Positions 28,311 to 40,097 of a stretch of DNA of 64,000 nt are shown one piece after another. The stretch spans positions 316,029 through 380,028 of the forward strand of contig NC_069001.1 in the NCBI RefSeq assembly GCF_001194135.2. The letters are read 5' to 3'. The position numbers and the translations under genes were made by a program. This DNA is from Octopus bimaculoides. Its lineage: Eukaryota. Every line of letters begins with the position of its first letter. Position 1 is the stretch's first letter. Below the pieces are notes generated by a model. It worked only from the letters and a program-made list of their open reading frames with translations. It did not search any database and was not told where the DNA came from.

Positions 28311-28494
28311 TGAGACGCTGTACAATTGTAGGGGCATCATAAGTACAGATGCGTCTCCTCAGGTGATTTGTCAAAAGGTAGCTTGTTTTTTTACAATTCA
28401 GCCAAATGGCAAATAAGAAACAAGGTACGTTTCAACAGGTCGCCTAAGGAGATACATCTGCACCTACGATGCATCACAGTTGTACACAGTTTCC
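28311..28494. repeat. Diverged ~70-bp inverted repeat (foldback or MITE-like)
   Basis: 28319-28388 aligns to the reverse complement of 28418-28486, mostly with transition differences; spacer about 29 bp. Confidence 0.85.
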
Positions 28495-28964
28495 ATGAAT
28501 GCATGGCACAACAAAGAATGGCAATAGGAAGCTGAGAGAAATGACAGAATGAAGTCATAAGTTTGTATTATGTATTGAGTACTTTTTCCATCTTGTTTGC
28601 AAATCGAAAATTACTATCACTCACAATCAATTTAGTAATTCATTAAATAGTTAACTAATTAACAAATAATAAAGAAATGAATTTAACCAGTGTGTGTACT
28701 CATTATTGGCAAAATGACCCTCCCAAGATAAAAACAAAAACAATTGGTAATCTGTGCTCAGAATATAATATTTTGCTTATATCCCAGCAAGGCTTAAACT
28801 TGGTTCATTTTTTTACTTCTTTCACAGTGACTTTTATCATAGCTCTAATTATTAATTCGTTATTGAGTACTTAGTGACAAAATACTGTTTAGACAAATTA
28901 GATCTGCCCTGTGATACACATGTGTATCTATTTACCACATATGTGTGTGTATAAGCCTGTATAC

Positions 28965-28996
<32 letters not shown>

Positions 28997-29451
28997 ATAA
29001 GAGTGAAAAAACTACAGAAGGCTTGTGTTACTTGGTTAAAGTATATATTTAAATTATGTCAGAAAAATGTTAGAAAAATGTTAGAAAAATGTTAGAAAAT
29101 CTTTTTGGTATATAAACATTGTATTTTGAGAAATAACCGGTTTTGTGTTGTCTTTTCAAATTTCTCTACTTCATAGACACACACACACACACACACACNN
29201 NNNNNNNNNNNNNNNNNNNNNNNNNNNNNNNNNNNNNNNNNNNNNNNNNNNNNNNNNNNNNNNNNNNNNNNNNNNNNNNNNNNNNNNNNNNNNNNNNNNN
29301 NNNNNNNNNNNNNNNNNNNNNNNNNNNNNNNNNNNNNNNNNNNNNNNNNNNNNNNNNNNNNNNNNNNNNNNNNNNNNNNNNNNNNNNNNNNNNNNNNNNN
29401 NNNNNNNNNNNNNNNNNNNNNNNNNNNNNNNNNNNNNNNNNNNNNNNNNNN

Positions 29452-29504
<53 letters not shown>

Positions 29505-29997
29505 CACATATATATAATCCAAATCTTTAAAGATCAGTTACAATTGTTTCTGTACCACTCTATTTATATCACCATTATATGCAAAAGTTACATAATATTT
29601 GTAGTTCTAAACATTAGGTGTGGCACTTCATCAGATTTGCATCAAAAGGTTCACTGTGTACAGGTATATATAAATAATACATTTTAAATATTTAGAAAAT
29701 ATGACTATCAAGATTGTATCCATATAGTGCCAGTTGTATACACACGTGTGTGCGTGTGACAACTGAGCCAGATATATCTTTATATATAACACAGACATGC
29801 ATTATAACTTGGCTGCATTTTCTTCATATTTAAAGCACATGTACTTTTGCATTTCTTTCTTACTGTTTCATTAGTTATTATTTTCACTAATTTATTTCAT
29901 CAAAATGGTTTTGTTATTAAAAATGTTCACCTTATATTCATAAACTTATTTATTCAATTTTATGTTTTTAAATATCTTCTTGTTATATAAATATCTG

Positions 29998-30037
<40 letters not shown>

Positions 30038-31249
30038 CTGTAACAGACTTGCATCTATTTAAAATGCAATCGTAAACAGACTCCGAGGCACAGTCACCAA
30101 ATAGCTGTGAATATTAAAAGCAGGCAAATATGGGGAATGCTATTGGATGTATGTGTGCATGGGGTGTGTCTCTCCATCATCTCATCACCACATATGGATG
30201 TTTAAATATTCAATCACCAAAGAGAGTAGCTGTGTGTTTAAATATTCGATGGAAGCAAAGGATGAAATCAGAAGAATAGAAAAAGAGAGAGAGAGAGTTT
30301 GTGTGTGTGTGTGTGTGTNNNNNNNNNNNNNNNNNNNNNNNNNNNNNNNNNNNNNNNNNNNNNNNNNNNNNNNNNNNNNNNNNNNNNNNNNNNNNNNNNN
30401 NNNNNNNNNNNNNNNNNNNNNNNNNNNNNATTACACTGGAGTGGAATAGCAGGCAGCGGAGAGAAATATTGTACGGTTTGAGTGGGTGGAAAGCGATGGA
30501 GTTGTGAAAGGAAGCTGGAGGGTGAAGTGGCAGAGGCGATTGTAGTGGTGGTGGTGGTGGTGGTGGTGGTGGTGGGCACAGACAACAACAGTAGTGGACA
30601 CATTAGGATCAAGATAATTAACCTCATTCAACTGTCTTACAAATCCTGCAGTTCTTCCCACCAGCACCTCCCTCCATCACCAAACCATTTCTTGTCATTG
30701 ATAAAGTTTGAATTTTGAACACATTGCCTAACAAAAGAGATTCTGCAAGCAGACCCCTTTGACAACAAAATAATAACAATAAAATCTTCATACATAATTT
30801 CACACACACACAGACACGGTGAATTGTGGGGTGGAATTCTGACCCTCCCCCTCTCTCTCTCCCTCAAAGTGGGAGGGAAGGAAAGAAAGAGTGCATAGTC
30901 TCTATTTTTGCTCTCTTTGCCATCTATTGTGTCCCCTCATATGTATTTTCCCCCTCTCTTCCCCCTCCATCTTTATTCTTCAGGGTAAAACACTGCCCCT
31001 TGTCACATGACACACACTTTTAGCAATTGCTTTTTATATTATTTTAATATTATTTTATATTTCTATCTTTTTTTTTAATTATTTCACAGTAACACACCCA
31101 GGTAAAACATCACAACGGTATTTAAATTTTTTCTTTTTAAATTCAAGGAGGAATTCCTCAGGTTTACGGCTTGTTATCTTCTTTTTTTCTTCCGCTCTTG
31201 TTTATATATGGGATGGGGTGTAAATGTTGATTATTGCTGTTGTTTATAT

Positions 31250-31565
31250 TCTGAGATCAAATCCTGCTGAGGTCAGCTTTACCTTTTTAAAGTACCAGCC
31301 AGGAACTGAAGTCGATGGTATTGACTAACTCCCCCTCCCCTCAAATTTTTAGCAAATTTTACTTCAATTAGAAATAATCACTATTATTGTTATTAGCAAA
31401 GTAGCAAACTGGCAGAATTGTTAGTTTGCTGGACAAAATGTCTGGCAGCATTTCTGCTAGTTTTTTACGTTCTGAGTTCAAATGCCATTGAAGTAGACTT
31501 TGCCTTTTGAACTCTCAAGGTCAATAAAATGAAGTACCAGTGAAGTACTGGGGTCGTTGTCGTTC
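31250..31565 (+). mobile_element. Two family B SINEs in head-to-tail tandem
   Basis: ttctgagatcaaatcctgctgaggtcagc... at 31250 and ctggcagaattgttag...ttctgagttcaaatgcc...gtaccagtgaagtactggggtcg at 31400-31560. Confidence 0.75.
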
Positions 31566-31729
31566 ACTGTCTTTTCTTCAGTTGTTATTCTTGTACTAGA
31601 ATTTGAAGCAATTACTTGTGTTGTTTGTGTCCATATTTCTTTCTCTCTCTCTTTTTCAAAGGAAGAGTCAGCCCTGGAATACCTGATTCCTCTTTTACGT
31701 ATGACATAAGAACATGTCCAAACTCACAA

Positions 31730-32030
31730 ACTTCATCATCATCATTTAGTGTCTGCTTTCCATACTGACATGGGTTAAACGGTTTGACCAAAAATGGCAA
31801 ACTGGAGAGCTGCATCAGGTTCTAGTCTGATTCGTCACAGTTTCTATGGCTGGATGCCCTTCCTAATGCCAACCATTCTGAGAGTGTAATGAATGCCTTT
31901 TACATGTCACCAGCACATGGTTGTCATTCACATAACACTGGCAATAGTTATGACTATGGTTCTGTTTGACTGGACGAGTCTCTTCAAGCACAGCATATTG
32001 CCATGGTCTCAGTCGCATATAATATTTCCT
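31730..32030 (-). mobile_element. RTE-like LINE 3' end, family C
   Basis: Minus-strand translation LRPWQYAVLEETRPVK, the tggttggcattaggaagggcatccagcc core and a (GAT)n tail; homologous to 48830-49165. Confidence 0.75.
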
Positions 32031-32116
32031 AATGCAGACCACCACCACTAGTTTCCTTGAATTCCATGTCCATCCCTTTATATTGTGAGGTGAAATACTG
32101 TCATAGCTAATTATAC

Positions 32117-32500
32117 CTTTTATTCTTCCAGGATCAATAAAATAAGTCCCACTCAAACACCCAAAATCAATCAAATTGATTACACCACCACTATCGCCCA
32201 AACTTGTGTCTTTCATCCTACAAAAATCAATAGAATATGTATCAGTCAAACACTGGGATTGTATAGATTGATTATATCATCTCGACACCCAAACTTGTGT
32301 CTTTTATTCTTCCAAGATCAATAAAATATGTACTAGTCAAGCACTAAGATCAATTAAACCGACTATGCCACCCTTTTTACCCTCAAACTTATGTCTTTGA
32401 TCTTTCCATGATCAATAAAATGTGTACCAGTTAAGAACAAAGATTAGCTTTTGCCCAGATTTGTATCATGTGCCAAAGTTAGAATTCTGAACAGTTGTTA
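32117..32500 (+). repeat. Tandem array of four ~91-94-bp units derived from the SINE family B core
   Basis: Units start at 32117, 32210, 32301 and 32395, each ctttyatc...gatcaataaaatrwgtaccagtcaa...; the first three end caaacttrtgt. Confidence 0.8.
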
Positions 32501-33351
32501 TTGCTTGTAGATTTGGATATCAGGAAGAGCTGATTCTCATGGCCGAGAAGAGTAGACAGTTTTTCTCAATCCACTGGCTAGGCAGAAAGAGGTTATGTGA
32601 TGGACAAGATCGAAACGAGAGAGAGGACAAACAATTCTCCCTTTGGCGAAACCTTTATCAGCTTCTTAAATCTCTAGAGTGGGTGTCGTTTGTGTGTTTG
32701 TATGAATATGTTGTTGTTATTTATGTCAGGCCAACCTTGAATTAGCAGCCCTCATTCCTACACCCACCTACACACATACTTGCATTTGTATGTAGAAGCA
32801 TATTATTAAGTGTATGCATGTATATATGTTCAATGCCTCAAGTGAGCAATGCTCTGGTCAGTTTGCACTGGTCAGCCCATCCCTTTCTCACGCATTTATA
32901 CATTATACAACTAAAATTACATTATCAAATTAGTTTCAGTGATTTTTCCAACACTGCAGTGTAATTTGAGAGAGATATGGCTGCTATCTCCTGCAGTTCG
33001 TGTGACCACTAAAAGGCTCCACATTAGCTCATTCAATATGTATATGTGCGTGTGTGTGTGTGCATGCATGCATGTGTGTGTGTGTGTGTATCTTCATACC
33101 TGTGTATGCGTATAAGAGATAGAAATGAATACATGTGAAAGTGTATATTTATCTATGTATTTGTCTGTTTGCATGAAGCTAGCTCAGGTTACCTCGTCTT
33201 TCCCAAGTATATAAGTGAGTGGAAAACAGACATGTGTATATACGTGTGCGGATATATATGTGTGTTTGTACAGGAGTGTTTCTACAACTTCATGTTTGAG
33301 GAGTGTGTGACATATTAGATGAAGATGTCTCATATGTGTTCNNNNNNNNNN

Positions 33352-33364
33352 GCTCTTCCGATCT
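33352..33364. other. Illumina adapter remnant (assembly artefact)
   Basis: Exact GCTCTTCCGATCT starting at the first base after the N-gap at 33342-33351. Confidence 0.9.
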
Positions 33365-33870
33365 TGTTAAGTGTACTGAGAAAACCCTCGATTACGTTAG
33401 ACAACAGGAGAAACCTTATATTTCCAATGGTGTCAGAAGGGAGTTGAACTTAACACGAGAACCGTATCCAAGAAATAAAGTCGTGTTTGACTACAGGAAA
33501 CAAATACCTATACTTTACAAATTGACAACCATACACACACAGTTTCATACACACACACACACACAGTTTCATACACACACACACACATCTACATTGGGCC
33601 ATGTGTACACATACATAAGAATATTCACACAACACCACACATATAATCAGTGTGTCACAAACAATTCGGTTTCATTTACCTAATCTAAAAATATTTACGT
33701 TTTCATGACATATGCCATATGTGTGTACACGTGTGTGTACACGTGTGTGTGTGTTCGTGCGTGTGTGTCTGTGTATGTATACACACATCAATAGATAAAT
33801 CTTAATGAAAAGGAACTTATATAAATCCATATAATGTCTACAACATTCTCTCTCTGTTTCTATCTATTTA

Positions 33871-33984
<114 letters not shown>

Positions 33985-36421
33985 GTGAGAGAGAGATTGG
34001 GAGAGGGAGAGATAACTAGATTGATATATAGATATGTATGTATATATATAATGTATTTCTATATATGTGTGTGTGTGTCTCATCACAGCACTTAGAACTG
34101 TTTCACCTCAACTGGCCCTGTTCACTTTAACATCACACAAAAACACACAAGAGAAGAAAAAGAACTCATAACATTGAAACAGTTGTTGAATTAATGCCTC
34201 CAACATATTTTTGAGAAACCACCTGTGTCCACATATATCTCAGCAAACAAGAACTCTTTACTTCAATGGGTTATAAGTGACCAACCTATGACTGCAATAC
34301 GAAGCAGGACAAAAATTTCATTTCCATTTGGTGTCATTAAATCATGGGCCAACTCTGGCTGAAACCTAAGTTTATATAATAAACTAAAGATGGACAAACG
34401 GTTGTGGCCTGGAGCCTTCTGGGTTTCCTCTCTCATTGTTTGACTCTGGATTTAGATATTTGATCCCGTCTAAGCACTGATTTCTTGCTATTTATTAATT
34501 GTATTTTCATAGGTTTTTAACCATTACATACACACACACACACAATGTTGCATGCATTTGTGGTTCTGACCGACCAATCATCTGTTCACTCTCGCATAAT
34601 TATGTACATACATTCAAGTATAGAAACATGAATGTGTATACATATGTGCATGTATGCATGTAGGTGTGCATTTGTAAATCCATGCACACAAATATACATA
34701 CATAGATGCAGATATATATATNNNNNNNNNNNNNNNNNNNNNNNNNNNNNNNNNNNNNNNNNNNNNNNNNNNNNNNNNNNNNNNNNNNNNNNNNNNNNNN
34801 NNNNNNNNNNNNNNNNNNNNNNNNNNNNNNNNNNNNNNNNNNNNNNNNNNNNNNNNNNNNNNNNNNNNNNNNNNNNNNNNNNNNNNNNNNNNNNNNNNNN
34901 NNNNNNNNNNNNNNNNNNNNNNNNNNNNNNNNNNNNNNNNNNNNNNNNNNNNNNNNNNNNNNNNNNNNNNNNNNNNNNNNNNNNNNNNNNNNNNNNNNNN
35001 NNNNNNNNNNNNNNNNNNNNNNNNNNNNNNNNNNNNNNNNNNNNNNNNNNNNNNNNNNNNNNNNNNNNNNNNNNNNNNNNNNNNNNNNNNNNNNNNNNNN
35101 NNNNNNNNNNNNNNNNNNNNNNNNNNNNNNNNNNNNNNNNNNNNNNNNNNNNNNNNNNNNNNNNNNNNNNNNNNNNNNNNNNNNNNNNNNNNNNNNNNNN
35201 NNNNNNNNNNNNNNNNNNNNNNNNNNNNNNNNNNNNNNNNNNNNNNNNNNNNNNNNNNNNNNNNNNNNNNNNNNNNNNNNNNNNNNNNNNNATTTATATA
35301 TCTGCTATGTGTTTAGAATGTGAGGTTTCATAACATTTAAAGAACTGTGCAGATTTCAAGAAATTAAAATAATATTTTTCCACCAAGTCATTTCAAGATT
35401 TTTCTAATGAACGCCATTTCATTTGCTGCTTTCTAATTGATGTATGGAAATCAAAATAAATGTTTGTATAATTAATCAGTATATTTGCTCATTGGCTTGA
35501 ATATGTTTTCCGGAAATTTTTGAAACATTAACTAAAAGTTCACATCTCATGAGATTTGAAACATAAATTGTGAGGTCGCATTCTCTTGAAATTTTACTCC
35601 TTGATTGAAACTGACAGTAGTGGTAGGAGTGTGTGTATGTGTGTGTGTGTGTGTGTGTGTACATGTGTACACAAACATGTGTACATAAACGTGTGTACAT
35701 GTTTGTGTATTGAGTAAAATGGTCAAAGATGTCTATATATATATATACTCACACATACAGCTATTCTCATACCTACACTAACACACACAAAACACTCTCA
35801 CACATGCACACACACAAACAAACTTATATGTTGATTATGTAGATATGTATATATATGTATATGCCTATACAATGTATAAATACATATGTATGTATTATGT
35901 GTGTGTGTGTGTGTCTGTACACACACACATATATATATGCAGTATATACATATCTAATTATATTATATAAACAAATTATTTTGTACTTATACTCACGCAC
36001 CCACATTTACATAGAAGCATATAGGAACAATGCCTGTCTGAATATAAACGTTTGCAAGTTTGTACATGCGTGCGTGAGACAAACATATACTCTATGTTTA
36101 TATACATCTACAGTATATATATATATATAATGTGTGTGTGTGTGTGTGTGTGTAGATCTACAGCAACATACAAAACAAAGATTACAAAACACTGATGATA
36201 ATCTACACTGAGTTTTGATGTTCTACAGTTACATATTGAAGACACACAGACGAAAAGGTGCTACAAGGTTTCACCTGTCAGTGCATTTAATATCACTTTC
36301 CAAATACCTGAAATGATGTTTATTACATACCTAGCTTTAGATAACTGTAAAGTGAGAGCTATCATAGCAATCAAATTTATATAGCATAAACATTAATATT
36401 TGTTAATGGTGTCAAGTACAA

Positions 36422-36466
<45 letters not shown>

Positions 36467-36594
36467 TTAGAGATGGTTGTAAAAATAAAAACCTAAGTAT
36501 ATCTAAGTTTTTTATACACACACACATGCACTTGTGTGTGCGTGTGCATGCATTTGTGTGTGTGTATGCATGTATCCTCTTTCTCTTCATTATT

Positions 36595-36945
36595 ATTATC
36601 ATCATTGTTTCAATGTTTACTTTTCCATGTTAGCATGAAACAGTCAGGAATTAGTTGGAGCAGAGTTTTTACAGCTGGATGCCTTTCCTGGTGCCAACCA
36701 TCACCTGTTTCCAAGCAAGGCAATGATCTCCCAACCTGTCAAACAACAATCAGTAAAGACATAGTTTTGTGGAGACAAACAACCTTGACACTTATATTTA
36801 TGTAATATATACATTACCTTACTTGGGGAAAAAAGTGAAGGTTGCCATGACAACGGGCATCCAGCTGCAGAACAGCCACCTGAACAAAAGTTTGTCCAAC
36901 CCATACGAGCATCAAAAAGTGCATTTTAAAGCAATAACGATGATA
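36595..36945. mobile_element. Head-to-head inverted pair of family C-related elements
   Basis: Minus copy 36595-36730 (cattgccttgcttgg...ggttggcaccaggaaaggcatccagctgtaaaac) and plus copy 36812-36945 (cattaccttacttgg...ggttgccatgacaacgggcatccagctgcagaac). Confidence 0.7.
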
Positions 36946-37028
36946 TATACACACTTATAATATATTTTTACAGTACATATGTATTTATAATATCTATAAA
37001 CACGTGTCTGCATGTGTATACATTTATA

Positions 37029-37076
<48 letters not shown>

Positions 37077-37726
37077 TAGATAGATACACACACACACATA
37101 TATATAATGTATTAACACCCATACATACGCATATATATCATACATATTACTTAAATATGTGTAAGATAGACAAAGAAAAGTGAGATAAAATATATTAGGG
37201 CGTACTTTTAAGACAAAATGATGAAAATCAAATTTACACTTATCTGTGTTGTTAGTGTGTTACAGTAAATAGTAACGTGTCTCCATATGAGATATAAATA
37301 ATCAAAAAGTGGTAAGTGAAACAATCTCTCTCTCTCTCTCCCTCTCTCTCTCTCTCCCTCTCTATTCCTTGCAAAATTTCTGTCTATCCGCAAATGCATG
37401 TGAATGTGCATGCACACAGACATGCAATGCTTGGAGTGTTTTACAACAGAATCGCATGTGGTGGACCATAACCTAAATTAAAATTAGAGGAACAAAAGAA
37501 AATGATAGGAAGACAAAGAAACAAAGCAAAAATAATTAAAAGAAAGAAACAGCTGTAGAAATAAACAGAGAAATAATAAAGAAACAACAGAAGAACACAG
37601 AAATAAGATTATGGACACAAAGCACCGAATTTTAAGAAATATTTTATGTATCTATATATATATATGTAATATGTGTGAAGGGTTGTGTGTATATATTAAT
37701 ACATGTATATATATTAAGTACACATC

Positions 37727-37771
<45 letters not shown>

Positions 37772-38059
37772 GCACACACACACACATCTATCTTTATTTA
37801 TCACAGGTGTTTGCTTTAAAGATACCATGTTAAATGAATCAGTCATAAATAAATAATAGGACATAAAGGGAAAATAGGTTTTCTATTGTTGTTCTGAATG
37901 TTGTGGATGGTCAGTGGGGCATGCTTTTGTGGTCCAGGCAAACCCTTTCACTCATTGTCAATGTATGTTATCACAGATCAATTTGTGACAAGTGTAACAC
38001 GATCCACAATGAACATACCATGTTATCCTGGATCAGTGGAGATTATCATATCCACTCAC

Positions 38060-38090
38060 CTATGTATTTTATCCAACCCTCTTTGTCAAA
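38060..38090 (-). CDS. Candidate 31-nt internal exon (FDKEGWIKYI), gene unknown
   Basis: Acceptor ccctttatgttgtctaacgttgcag with a CTAAC branch point, consensus donor AG|gtgagt, and only one open frame. Confidence 0.35.
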
Positions 38091-38349
38091 CTGCAACGTT
38101 AGACAACATAAAGGGCACAGCATAAATTACACTAGTCTCCAGGCCATTGCAGTCATAAACTCATACAAAATTACACACAGATGCACACACATACATTTGA
38201 CCACTGTGTTGTGGGATTGAACTTAGAATCATATAATTGCAAAATGAACTTCTTAACCTCACAGGCCATGTCTCCACATACATATGTTCATGTGTCTACA
38301 TGTGTATGTGCATGTTTGTTTGCAGAGTTGGGTTGTGTGTGTGTATGTA

Positions 38350-38425
<76 letters not shown>

Positions 38426-39689
38426 TGTATGTATGTACGTTCATGGGTTGACTACAAAATTGGTAGATCAGCAAGTCTTGCAGTATTTGGGAATACTTCC
38501 TGTTCTGAGTTCAATTCTTCTCATAAAGTCAATAAAAAAATAAAAGTAGCCCTTAATAAAAAAATTACTGGGTTTGATGTCATTGGCTATTCTCAAGAAG
38601 TCATAGCTCCAGCATGGTCACAGCCCAATGACTAAAACCAGAAATATATGTGTATGTGTGTGTGTGTGTTTGTATGTGTGTGTATGCAGATATATATGTA
38701 TGTGTATATATACAAGTATATATGTGTGTGTTTGTGTGTGAGTATATATCTATACACACACACATACATCTGTCAAGGAACACACACACCCCAAGTACAT
38801 CGACATATATTATATATAAATTTATCCCCCACATCAAAGGAGATTAAAAGATTAAGCAATGATAAATTGTCACTGCAATAAAAAGCTAATCCACAACCCA
38901 CAACTGTTGTGCTGCATATAATAAATCCACCGGCAATGCTGTTTAGCCAGAATGCTGGAAATATGTCGATAGCACAGCTATTGATAGTTTAGCGCCAGTA
39001 CAGTCCTCTGGATACCATTCCATTGCAATTGAATAATCTTGCTAGACTTTGCTAGGTTTTTTTTTTCTTTTTCTGTTTTGTTAACATATTTTTTTTACTT
39101 TTTTGTTTTCTCTTTTTATCTATTGGCGTGCAAGATAATTATAGGCAGAGTTCTTCTCTTCTCAGAATGGTTTGTCTTGTTAAAGATAACCTCAGTCAGA
39201 CATTGCAGTTTCTGTTTGTTCCTATACAGGCATGTACACACATATGTATGTGTGTGTGTGCATGTATATATGTACACACACACACAAATGTGCATGATGT
39301 ATATATACATGTGTGTATGTGTGCATATATTTATTTATTTTTGGCAAACGACCACAGCTGAATATCTGATGAACATCATTGTCCAGAGTAGAATTACACT
39401 TCCCTTGGTCAGCTTTGTTTCAGTCTTGCATTCGAAGACTCCAAGACTTGTGGTGTGGAGGAGGGGGAAGGAAAGCAAATGTTATTTTATTGAAGTTTGA
39501 TTAAGAGAAAATAGAGATTCTCTGAAATACCAGAGCAATGCTTCCTGAGCAGTTATACCACAGCACATATTGAAATGCCGTGCGAGTTAGGTGGGGCGGA
39601 GGGGTGGTTGGGCGTGGCTACAAAAATAATAAATTATATTTTTGAAAAAATGTGGAAATTACAAACTGAAATACTATTCCTTTCTTTTG

Positions 39690-39975
39690 CTTCTTGTTCC
39701 AGTCACTGGACTTTGGTCATAAAAGAGACTTGCTTAGTCAAGTCAAACCCTGATAAGTTTTTAAAAAAACCCAGCATCGTTTGTCAAGCGATGGTGGGTG
39801 GACAAAGACAGACACACAAACATATGCATATGTTTCTGTCTACCAAATCTACTCACAAGGGTTTGGACGGCCTGAGGCTATAGTAGAAGACACTTGGCCA
39901 AGGTGACACACAGTGGGACTGAACCAGGAACTATGTGGTTGGTACACAGGCTTCTTACTACACAGCCACTCTTGC
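39690..39975 (-). mobile_element. Near full-length SINE family A
   Basis: Head on minus: gtggctgtgtagtaagaagcc...ggttcagtcccactgtgtgtcaccttggccaagtgtcttctactatagcc; body cttgacaaacgatgctgg. Confidence 0.8.
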
Positions 39976-40046
39976 ACCTACATATATATATATATACAAT
40001 TAAAGGGGTAAAGGTTTAAAGCAACTGTTGCTGATCCCTTAATTAT

Positions 40047-40097
<51 letters not shown>

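Noticed and set aside
29061-29100. agaaaaatgtt repeated about 3.5 times
   Set aside because: Simple slippage repeat without spacers; not CRISPR-like. No CRISPR array was seen anywhere in the window.
33303-33683. 126-aa ORF with plausible composition in its middle
   Set aside because: Spans a gap, an adapter remnant and a CA repeat; no recognisable homology.
37546-37557. GAAACAGCTGTA, the 3' half of a hammerhead with palindromic stem III
   Set aside because: No upstream CUGANGA or stem II; lies in an A-rich tract.
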